From contig JAKMXF010000210.1 in the NCBI GenBank assembly GCA_024704765.1, forward strand, positions 186,001 through 250,000: 64,000 bases of DNA, in the 5' to 3' direction. The notes beneath the pieces are model-generated. The model was given only the letters and a program-made list of their open reading frames with translations, searched no databases and was not told the DNA's origin. This DNA comes from Oopsacas minuta (taxonomy: Eukaryota; Animalia; Porifera). The position numbers were made by a program, and so were the translations under genes. Positions 54,552 through 64,000 of this stretch are shown here, in pieces. Position 1 is the first letter of the stretch. The number at the start of each line of letters is the position of its first letter.

Positions 54552-57500
54552 ATGGCAAGAAAATTTTCATTGGGAAATTTAATAGGAAAGGGGGAAGGGG
54601 AGAATAAAATAAACTTTCACAATTTCAGAGACGCGATCAAAACAAAATGGAAAACAAATTTGAACATAGGTGGTGCTCTAAGGAAGTCTCGAACTGATAC
54701 AAACTTTCAAAAGTTGAAAGATGACTTGAGTAGAGCATTGGATGGAGACATTGCTAGTCTAAACAGAGTCAAGGAGTACACGTTAAAGAGGAAAATGCAA
54801 CTTAAAGTCTCTGTCCCGAAAGAGGAATTTCACATCTTAGAGGACGCAGATTTTATTCACCAAATTCTAACAGAATGTGATCAGATTTCTCCTGGAGCGA
54901 ATGTGTTTAAATCTGAAAAAGGCTGTCCCATCAAGAAAATGAATAGTGGTAGTGACGCAGTGATGTCTAAACCAAAGTTAAATGAAAACGAGAGGAATGA
55001 ACTGTACATGCTCTCAGCGATAGCCTACGATTTAATCTCTCTCGAGGAATCACAGAAAAATCCGACTAATGTGTCAAAAGATGAAATTGGATTAGAGAAT
55101 AGTTTAACTCTAATGCAAGAAGTGCTACATGTACCAAAAGATCTGATAAAAGGACTGGAAGAAAGAGTACACACATGCAGTGAGTATGGATTCTATTTAA
55201 GTGTAGACCTACATCAAGCACAAAATACGAAAACAACAATCCAAGATTCAAAAACTCAGCTTTACTGTCGAGTAGGGTATATTTCAAGAGAAGCAGTAGA
55301 ACATAAGAAACTAAACCTTGATGGGAAAGGAACCCTCGTGCATACGAGTCAATCTGTGGCGGATTCACAAAATCCAGTATGGGAAGAGAATTACAAACTT
55401 CCCCTCATCAGTAAAGCAGATTATCTTTTGATAGAGTTATGGAAGAGCAAAACCAACAAGAAAGGCACAAAAAGCTCAGACGAGCATTTGAATCGTTGCT
55501 TAATTAAATTAGATTCTCACATGGAAGAAATTAATGATCAAATGTTTGACCTAATTTCAACATCTGGAAAGGGTACACAATGGGAAATTCTATTAAGTAT
55601 CAAAATCATTGCCAGCGCAAGCCAATTGAATTTCCTTACTCAATATGATAGTACGGAAAAGCTGGAAATATACAGAACCTTCACCTGTGAATTGACTCTA
55701 CATCTGAACAGAAATAATATTACCTTAAACTTTAACAAATATATACAACCATTTGAACGAATCAAAAATAAGCTGGTAGAAATATTGGACTTGAATCATT
55801 TCCAAGTAAGAGCTATAGCATTCGAGTGTGCAGAGCTTTGGAGTCAAAGTAGGCAATTGAGTCGAGAAGATGTTGAGATTTGTGTAGCAATGCTAAATTC
55901 CCATTGGGACACGACAGATAATATTCTATCAACAGGACAGAGAACGAGACTTATCAAACAAATATGTAATCTGCTTGAACACGAGATGAAACGGTTGGAA
56001 TACCTACTCATTGAATTCCCACCAACTCAATTGAATTCAATACCATGTGTCGAGACGTTATTTAGTATTGTATTCGGAACATACACTTTTCTATTGAACA
56101 GAACAGCATTAGAGTTTATAACAAATTATGACGCTAACTATGACATCAACAACGATATAACTAAAAGGCTGATTAAAGGCATAAGCACATGGTACAAAGA
56201 TACCAGTCAAGCTATATTGATAAGAACAACACCCAAATCACAGCTAGAATCCCTGGTAACACTCTGTGAATTAATCCTCCTTCTCATGGAATCAAGTGAT
56301 TTGAGTTATAAAGACGCTATTTCAGTAGCCAGCATTGACTATTCGAATTTAATAGTATTTACAATAGATAAAGGATTATCTAAAGAGATAGAAGAAACTG
56401 CTCAGCTTATACTAACAGAAGAACCTAAGATTGGAGAAGATATTAATAAACTCTACTTCATGGCATTCCTCCTTTATCGTAAGGTTTCTCTCATTTTAAA
56501 GAAAATTGTATTATCAAAATCGGCAGTAAATACATTTAAGCTGAGCAGTCTTGACGAATGGTTCAGATCATATCTTAATCACTGGATATTAGCCCTGAGG
56601 GAAGTTAGCATGAAGAACATAGAAACAACAATTGAAATCGAGAGTGACGATGATATACACGAGTATAAGGGAATAAAGGTTAGTTCTTCTGCCATAGATA
56701 TAGCCTTGTGTTTACTACCAAGTTATTTGTTCTATAACAAGCTAGAAGACTGGGTTGATATTCAAGATAGATTTCATCTTGCCTTACAGACAATACAACT
56801 CAATGTTGATGCATTACTGAAATACAGTCAGAGAATGAGTGAGAGAGTTAGCAATTTAGTTAAAGATATCAATCCATTTGAACTCAGCACAGCAACATGT
56901 GTATTGCTTAATAATGGCTATTGTATCAGACATTATCTGGAGGAAGCACCCGAGAGAATGCATTGGGAGAATCTCAAGTCATTTCTAGAAGAGGGGGTAC
57001 AAAAAAACGCGATTTATGAGCTGATAGAATGTTGTCTTGGAAAAATAAGTGCAATAGAATGGGAATGCATGAGAAACATAGGAAAAGTATTTAAACCACA
57101 ATTCTCTACTTTTTACACAGAATTCATCTCGACACCACAACCTGCAGAAGATGCAATTGACAATCTAATGAAATGGCTCTTAAGAATTGTCAATACAGCT
57201 ATTCAAAACTTAAGTTCTGAACTATTTATACCCCTCCTAGAAGAGATGTGGAGACGAACACTTGAATGTATCGCTGAATACAAAGATCCACTTAAATCAA
57301 AAGGTAACAACAGTAAGATTCTAGAATCATTAGTTATTCTCTATGAATTCTTTGACAATGATGGTAAGGGCATCGGTACTGAGAAAATAGACGGAACTAT
57401 CTATGATAGTCTTGTAGAACATTTTAGTTTATATCTTCATGAGAGCCATGAGCTAATTATGATGTTTGGAAGAGATGTGAGTGAATTCTGCAGACATGCA

Positions 57501-58109
57501 CCTGACAAACGAGGCAGTTGTAATTTCAGTGTAGCATTCTTGGTTGATAAAGAGATATTGGAGATAAATATTATTCAGGTTGGATGTCTACCTACCCCTA
57601 ATACTAGCGGATCTGTTAGTGTCTATCTGCAAGCTAGCGTTTTGCCAAAGTATTATGAAACAAAGAATTACGAATGCAAGACCGAATTAAAGAAATACGA
57701 ATCATCCATGGTTATTGACGAGTTAATTAGTATAGCTGTTGCGAAACTAGGAATGCAGCAAGGATTCTTATTACAGATATCTCTCTATTACAGGAGTTCA
57801 CACAAAATGGGAATATATTCAGAGTATGGAGGATCAATGTTCCTGACGTCTGATTATATCGGTCAAATGAAGAGTACTGGCTCTATGGTGGATCTCTTAA
57901 CAGGAAAGAATGAAGTGAGAAAACCAATAAAAATGAGCTTCGTCGACCCAGGAGAGTATGAGATTCTCAGCATTCTAAGAGAGAGAAGACATGAAGACGC
58001 AATAATCAATGGTTTTATAGACAGCGTTACTAGGGGCGTGAAGGAGGGCAGGAGGCTAACTGATGGGATTGAAGGAACTAAGAAATTTCTGAATAAATTT
58101 CGAAAATAA
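54552..58109 (+). CDS. Munc13-4/BAIAP3-like C2-MUN-C2 protein, paralog B (intronless)
   Basis: Same architecture: NPVWEENYKL..LLIELW, VSSSAIDIALCL, LLNNGYCI, LMKWLLRIV, LYEFFDNDGKG, C2B. Confidence 0.75.
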   Translation: MARKFSLGNLIGKGEGENKINFHNFRDAIKTKWKTNLNIGGALRKSRTDTNFQKLKDDLSRALDGDIASLNRVKEYTLKRKMQLKVSVPKEEFHILEDADFIHQILTECDQISPGANVFKSEKGCPIKKMNSGSDAVMSKPKLNENERNELYMLSAIAYDLISLEESQKNPTNVSKDEIGLENSLTLMQEVLHVPKDLIKGLEERVHTCSEYGFYLSVDLHQAQNTKTTIQDSKTQLYCRVGYISREAVEHKKLNLDGKGTLVHTSQSVADSQNPVWEENYKLPLISKADYLLIELWKSKTNKKGTKSSDEHLNRCLIKLDSHMEEINDQMFDLISTSGKGTQWEILLSIKIIASASQLNFLTQYDSTEKLEIYRTFTCELTLHLNRNNITLNFNKYIQPFERIKNKLVEILDLNHFQVRAIAFECAELWSQSRQLSREDVEICVAMLNSHWDTTDNILSTGQRTRLIKQICNLLEHEMKRLEYLLIEFPPTQLNSIPCVETLFSIVFGTYTFLLNRTALEFITNYDANYDINNDITKRLIKGISTWYKDTSQAILIRTTPKSQLESLVTLCELILLLMESSDLSYKDAISVASIDYSNLIVFTIDKGLSKEIEETAQLILTEEPKIGEDINKLYFMAFLLYRKVSLILKKIVLSKSAVNTFKLSSLDEWFRSYLNHWILALREVSMKNIETTIEIESDDDIHEYKGIKVSSSAIDIALCLLPSYLFYNKLEDWVDIQDRFHLALQTIQLNVDALLKYSQRMSERVSNLVKDINPFELSTATCVLLNNGYCIRHYLEEAPERMHWENLKSFLEEGVQKNAIYELIECCLGKISAIEWECMRNIGKVFKPQFSTFYTEFISTPQPAEDAIDNLMKWLLRIVNTAIQNLSSELFIPLLEEMWRRTLECIAEYKDPLKSKGNNSKILESLVILYEFFDNDGKGIGTEKIDGTIYDSLVEHFSLYLHESHELIMMFGRDVSEFCRHAPDKRGSCNFSVAFLVDKEILEINIIQVGCLPTPNTSGSVSVYLQASVLPKYYETKNYECKTELKKYESSMVIDELISIAVAKLGMQQGFLLQISLYYRSSHKMGIYSEYGGSMFLTSDYIGQMKSTGSMVDLLTGKNEVRKPIKMSFVDPGEYEILSILRERRHEDAIINGFIDSVTRGVKEGRRLTDGIEGTKKFLNKFRK

Positions 58110-58377
58110 TTTGAACAATATGTAAATATGTGTAGAGTCGTTAATTACGTACGTAGATCATGGTAGAGCATTTTACTATTGTATTATTGTTCATTGTATT
58201 GGTCATGTACGAGTTAGAGTTCAATCTTGTTTTATTCTAATAATGATTTGTTACTCACAAGAAATGTATAATTACATACATAGAAATATATTAATCACAC
58301 GGTCATTAATACAGAGAAAAAATCAAATTATTACAGTAAAAAAAGTTGAATTGTATATTAATAGGAATTATAATTCG

Positions 58378-60461
58378 TTAAAACATGATTAAGTTATTCT
58401 GAGATTTGGATCTTACTTTGTCTCTCTGACTAAGAATTTTGGGTGATATTAATATGAGTTTTTTGGTGCTATGTTTCCTGTATGGATGAGTGCTGGCGAC
58501 ACTATGTACTGTTTTTGATCGGGATGCTAGTTCAGTGATATCTGAGCTGTAGGAATCTTTGGAATGAGTTTCACCCATGCTTAATAATCTTGCGCTAGGA
58601 TTGGGAGAAGATGGAAGAGATCTGGGCAATGCCTCTGGAACAACATTCGTGATCGGAGTAGTGTATTTTTTAATTAAGTCTTGTACCTTACCCCTTTTTT
58701 CGCATAATGGAGTTTCTTGAATACTCACCAGAGGATGTTCAATCTCCAAATTTGATTTTTGCAGAGAATCTTTGGAGGAACTTGGAATTTTCATATCGAC
58801 ATAACCTGAATTTCTTCTCACCATAACCTTAGGAGATTTCGGATTTAGTGGCTTGATATCAATGTGTATAGTGTTTTTCTCTGGAAACCTTGGAGTAGCT
58901 ACGAAATCATCCAATTCTTCGTCAGATCGTGAGCCAGTGCTGGAGCTATATCCTGAGCTATAGCCGGTTAAATTATCATTTAAATTCATCTCTACATATT
59001 CACCAGTGTGTCTCTTGCAGGCAGGAGGACGCTTAGGCGCACTCTTGAGTGTTGGTCTTGGGGATACTAAGGGAGGTCCTCTGGATTGTGGCACACTTAA
59101 TTTGGTAAAGATATCAGGCCTATTCCAATCTAGAGATTTTCTTCTTAGAGTATCTTCTCTATTCTGTGATATGATAATCTCATTACAGTTTAAGTTTCTG
59201 GTGCTTGACCATTTGGATGCGCCATCTAGTGTAGGTGTGTGTTCGAGGGGGGAGAGTGTGTCTAGTAGTCCAAGGAGATAGTTAAAGGACCACTTCTCTA
59301 AGCCTATTTCCACGTCTTGTCGTTTCAGAGTTGCAATCGAGGCCTGATGAGCTTGTGCTGAAATAGCCTAATGAGAAAGACAAATATAAAATACAAAATG
59401 ACGTTTGCAATATGAACAAATAAACTTACTTTGTTGATTGATTTTATCCATCTCTGTCTTTCAGTTGCGTCATCACAGAATAGATTGAATCTTTTCTTGG
59501 TGCGAGTGCAAGTGAGAGAGAAATAAAACTTGTCTCTTTTCGAACTACAGTCATCTGCTCTAACATTGCTATAAGCTGATATGCAGATAGTGCCTTTACA
59601 CTCGTTTTGATTTGTTCTCATTTTAGCGTCGTAGTATACGAGTGAATCTGGAGTCAGCATAAACCAGCGTCTAGTGCTTCCCATATGCTTCCCCATTTTG
59701 TAAATGTATCCTTGTTTGAGTGATCCTCTGAATAGAGTATCGTATATCTCTGTTACTATCACCATACCGTAATCACGGGGTAAAATTCCAAGACATTGTT
59801 CTTGTATTATGCTGAAGAATGTTGGGTAATTTAAGTGGGCTTGGTTAGAGGAATTTTTGCATATTTTGTTAATTTTCAAGTCTGATTTCTCCATTAATTT
59901 CTCAAGAAATTCATTGAAAATTGTTCTAGCTATTTTAAGCTCTCCTTTGACATCAAGTTTGCAGTAAATCAACCAGAGTTGGTAGAGTAAAGTGTCTGGA
60001 AAATTCATTTTATTTATTTTCATAATTTCTTGCTGATTGGCTGTGTAAAAGATCTTCCAACATTCGTGTTTTGAAATGTTACAATCCTCAATAGATACGT
60101 CTTGAATCTATTAGGATAGAAATATATAAATGATGCAATAATATAAAAATTAATAATTGAATTGTAAAATTTTATCACAACATACCCGACAGATATAGTC
60201 CATGAAATCATCAAATTTTAATAACCCGTGATAGAAGGAATGGGATTCGTTGTTGGAGAGGTTTTCATAGAAAACTACTTTAAATCTGTCACTGTATCTC
60301 TCAAGAAATCCTTTTAGAGTTGGGATTGAACTGTTATCTTTCGGACGATTATCATACAAAGTTTTGTAAAGATGTTTGAAACAATTTGTTTGCGTTACAC
60401 TGCCGTAAACACGATCACATAGAATCTGATTTCCGTACATTTTAACTACAAAACGCGGCAT
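58378..60461 (-). CDS. SWAP70/DEF6-like protein (exons 60461-60186, 60107-59430, 59367-58378; about 647 aa)
   Basis: In-frame joins YICR|IQDVS and SINK|AISAQ; helical N-terminus (ECWKIF, YQLWLIY) followed by PH domain LKQGYIYKMG...RRWFML...ERQRWIKSI, as in SWAP70/DEF6; then a Ser/Pro-rich tail. Confidence 0.72.
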
Positions 60462-62571
60462 GATAAGTATACCAATAAAATAGAATAAATAATTATATAA
60501 TAGCAATTTTAGACTCTTATTTATAAGTGTGTATTACGGAAATAAGTATAAGCGGAATTTTACTGAGTTAACATAAGGTCTAACTCCAATATATTTCTAT
60601 TAAAATAGACTAATCCTTCAAGCTATATAAGGCACTATTAACGTGTTAACGGATTATATCGACGGATACAGATTCGTAAATGCTAGTTCCATGAACTGAA
60701 TACAACTAACAGCTGGTTAAAGACTAGTTAACGGATTCCTATTCAATAGAACAATAGTCGTATCTTCCGTATGACTGTCAGCAGACACAATGTGATTAAG
60801 AAAATCGAATATATTTATTTGGAGGTGTTATTGTTTACAACATATTTCAGGTAAACAAATGCAAATATACCCAAAAGACTATGATATTTGTAGGGAATAT
60901 TCAAAATTTATTCCACTCCATTTGTAAATTGAGGATTGGGTAGATACGTCACTAACAAACACATTTTACGTAAAAACTATAAAGAAAAATATTTGAACAA
61001 TTCTTACCTGATTTTCCTTGTAAATTTGAGAAATAAGATGTAATAATATTTCGTAGATGTTTTGATAAAAGATTGTTCTGTAATCAAACAATTGTCACTC
61101 ACTATTTATACAGATTGAAACTTCATATGTAGTTGTACATAGTAAAAGTATTGAATTATATGATATACCAGTGATAAGCTAAAAGATAAATGAAAATGAT
61201 ATCATTAGCATATTGGATAGGAACTGAGGTAGACATTTGGCAAAGTGAGGCCAGCATTAGAAATATAGAATATTTAATAAAGATTTGTATTAATAATTAA
61301 GCTGCTTCAGTAGATTCAGGTAAGCAATTAATGTTTTGAATATAAACAATGATAGCTCTTTCGTGATAGATGATCATGAGCTTTCAATGATAGAATACAA
61401 ACTTGTTAAATATTTATAATACGTAAAAGTTGAGATATTCATTATCTTTGCACAAAATGAATGAGCAAATAGACGCCGTAAGGAGTGTAGCTCTTAACTG
61501 GCCTCTTAAAACAATCATTAAACCCACTCTACCACACTAATAGTCAAATATTTAACTATATAATTCCTACAAATGTAGGGGTAGGAAAGGGTAAATTGTG
61601 GAACAACCAAAGTACAACTAAAATAGGAGATAGATGGTGAATTGAAAGGTGCTCAACAAACCTGATAAAGAAGCTTGGATTACTTTTCTCTACTAATTAT
61701 CCTCCTTGGGATTATTAGATCAATTAGTTTTCTTTGGGTTCAAATAGTTTAACAACGAAATGATTGCTAGCTAGAGTTTAATTCAGAATAACAATTATAT
61801 ATTAAAAAAAACAACACAGCACAGTATAACTGTGTGGTTATCTGCAACTTCGAATAAACGAACATTTCCATTACCCGAAATGGTCCCAATTCCTATTCTA
61901 TTACAAGTATGTAAATGTATTTCCCGCGACCTCCCGAATGTTATTGACTGATCTCAGTTGTTCTGAAAATTAATTTGTACTCTAAATGATGGAAGCAAAT
62001 AAACATAAATGAAAATACAAATTTCTTGGAAATCAAGCCCTAATTTAATGATTAAGATGTAAGCGCCTTTCACTATTCATCTTAAAATCATATTTTATAT
62101 AAAACTTATAATAGAATAATTATCACAAAATCATTTGCGTGGACGCTGAATCATTCATCCATTCTATTGTACTCAGAATTAATCACAGGTCTATTGTCTG
62201 ACTAGAAATGACTGCAAGAGATATCACTACAGCTCTACACTCCCTTTACTGATTACTGATAAACCGCAATCAATTTCCATTAATAAAATGAAAGGTCTAA
62301 GTAAATGTACATATGTGTATTCATAATAATTAAAGGATTAAAGGTGAAACAGACTAACTCCGATCTAAGAACTAGCGAAATATAAACTACTGAAAAACAA
62401 AAATTACAAAATTTCCATTTGTATCTTGATTCTTTAAGTGATAGTTAATCTCGCTGATTTATATAAAGTCTCGATATTTATAAGGGTTGGAAAGGAAATG
62501 ATTCATTTAAGTGTAAATTATGCAATTATGTGGATATATAATCTGGTTACACACTGGAAGAATTGAACATG

Positions 62572-64000
62572 CTACACCCAAGAATCGGTAGCTTTTGCCC
62601 GATCAAACCGTATGTTAGTTGTATGAGGGTTTTTAGACATGAGTTGAGGGACTTGAATTGGTGTGTATTTAGAAGGGAGGTTTTCTAAGCTGCTTTTATC
62701 AGATTTCACGATATCTGGTTGGCGGTTGGCGCTAGGAAGATCCTCTGGACGTATATGTGCAGTTAATCGCCTTTCTCGTTTCCTCTTAGTATCAACTTTA
62801 GAGTACACGTCAGTTTGTTCGTTCTCATCATCCTTGGCTTCGATACGAATAGATTCTCTGGACTCTTCTTGTCCTGTCGTCACGGAAGGATTCGGGGAGG
62901 GGGTGTGTTGAGGAGGAACAAGCTTAGCGTCTATCCCTAAATTCGAGTCTAGGGGTGTGGCCCTTTGATCCGAGGTACCCTTCTGTTCAGAAGAAGGATC
63001 CCGATTATAGCAGTAAATACGAGAATTAACCAAATTAGTATCCCCAGCCAATGATGGAGTGTTTCTAGGAGAACGTGAAATGAAAGAGACTGGAGAATCT
63101 CTGTGTACTTGCTCCAGAGGATGCCTCAAGGCAGAATCAGGATAGGATAAAGTTTGCTGTATCTTTTTATGAGGAAAATTAGTCTCAAATTGAGTTCTTG
63201 GATTATTATCCATATTTACAGGGGGAACAATTCTCCTATGTCTAGTGTTAGACTGCTGGTTAATAAGGGAGTTCTGAGGCTGGGAGGTACGAGAACTCCC
63301 ACTGATAATGCTAGATTCGCGAAACATAGTAAAATCACGACCTAGGTCAAGAGTATGGTGAATATTTGGTGAATTCTTTTCTGCTAAACTGTCGGATTTC
63401 GCTCGCTGTCTATACGCATTTTGCAAACTTGGATTTTTAGAACTATATGGCCCTGATAGATTTGTATCGCTAGGAGCACTAGAAGTTTCCTGTTCCAACC
63501 AATCTACTACTTTCTTCCAATTTTCATAAGTCCAGCCTTCTTTCTTCAAAAGAGGACGTGCAGTCTTATCTTCATGCAAAGAGAGACATATCTTGTTTGC
63601 GAGGTAAATTGTCTTTGGTGAATTTTGGTAATTACTGCAAGCAAGTTTTGCAATAATTACAATAGAATTCTTATTCTGGTAGAGTCGGTTGATGTTATCA
63701 GGACAGTTTTGAATAAGTTCATTGACAGTACTTAATAGGCTCTGGTAACATGCGTCATTAAGGCCTTCACAGTGTTTCCCACCTGGTAATCTCTCAACTA
63801 GGTGAACCATTGCATAGTCACCGATAAGAACTTTATTATGTGGATCTAAACTCAGATTGCGTAACGTAGTACTGGCTGATTTTACAATCAAATCATTGTC
63901 AATCGTCGTAATTACTTTGACAATTAAAGAGAGGCCTTTTTTGTTTCGCATAGCAGTTCTTATGTAAGATGCCCATTTCCAATTGCAAGCTGTAAGGTTG
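62572..64000 (-). CDS. p120/delta-catenin-family armadillo protein, 3' part (5' end beyond the window)
   Basis: WKWASYIRTAMRNKKGL, TLRNLSLDPHNKVLIG..AMVHLVERLPG, LKKEGW; C-terminus DSWV. Confidence 0.88.
   Translation of the reverse strand, partial: NLTACNWKWASYIRTAMRNKKGLSLIVKVITTIDNDLIVKSASTTLRNLSLDPHNKVLIGDYAMVHLVERLPGGKHCEGLNDACYQSLLSTVNELIQNCPDNINRLYQNKNSIVIIAKLACSNYQNSPKTIYLANKICLSLHEDKTARPLLKKEGWTYENWKKVVDWLEQETSSAPSDTNLSGPYSSKNPSLQNAYRQRAKSDSLAEKNSPNIHHTLDLGRDFTMFRESSIISGSSRTSQPQNSLINQQSNTRHRRIVPPVNMDNNPRTQFETNFPHKKIQQTLSYPDSALRHPLEQVHRDSPVSFISRSPRNTPSLAGDTNLVNSRIYCYNRDPSSEQKGTSDQRATPLDSNLGIDAKLVPPQHTPSPNPSVTTGQEESRESIRIEAKDDENEQTDVYSKVDTKRKRERRLTAHIRPEDLPSANRQPDIVKSDKSSLENLPSKYTPIQVPQLMSKNPHTTNIRFDRAKATDSWV

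Noticed and set aside
60520-62560. 2-kb gap with short hydrophobic minus-strand frames (about 61150-61400), considered as a 7TM pseudogene
   Set aside because: Multiple stops and no recognisable motif; hydrophobic translation is expected from AT-rich DNA.
1-64000. CRISPR arrays, rRNA, prokaryotic defence or mobile systems
   Set aside because: No spaced direct repeats or rRNA motifs; gene content and spliceosomal introns are eukaryotic.

Overview
This window is eukaryotic, not prokaryotic. It is a very compact, AT-rich animal genome segment with many 55-100 bp GT-AG introns, about 27 protein-coding genes and short intergenic gaps. The overall style resembles a compact sponge genome such as a hexactinellid; that is an inference, not an identification. 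Plus-strand block 1-17.3 kb: LRR-type C-terminal fragment, TM2 protein, THOC7, Ku70/XRCC6, calmodulin, SPRYD7. Minus-strand block 17.8-50.6 kb: UGDH > ISOC > MAT > HADH > DEPDC5 > RPL8 > NOP2 > DPAGT1 > RTEL1 > LIM protein > CUL4. These are followed by two tandem Munc13-4/BAIAP3-like genes (+), a SWAP70/DEF6-like gene (-) and a p120/delta-catenin-family gene running off the end (-). The most striking organisation has three parts. (1) Whole genes are nested in introns of other genes, mostly on the same strand: RGS22-like and an orphan 7TM gene in Ku70, URB1 in SPRYD7, and two mini CNC/Maf bZIPs in CUL4, plus antisense FNTB in CUL4. (2) Eleven co-directional genes are spaced 144-493 bp apart. 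(3) Many start codons lie 1-14 nt after a 3' splice-acceptor-like YAG. Together these suggest, but do not prove, operon-like transcription resolved by spliced-leader trans-splicing. Small Tc1/pogo-type MITEs, a Mutator-like SWIM fragment and microsatellites are also present. I found no CRISPR, rRNA or tRNA. Protein assignments come from remembered family motifs, not database searches. Exon boundaries were traced by eye.
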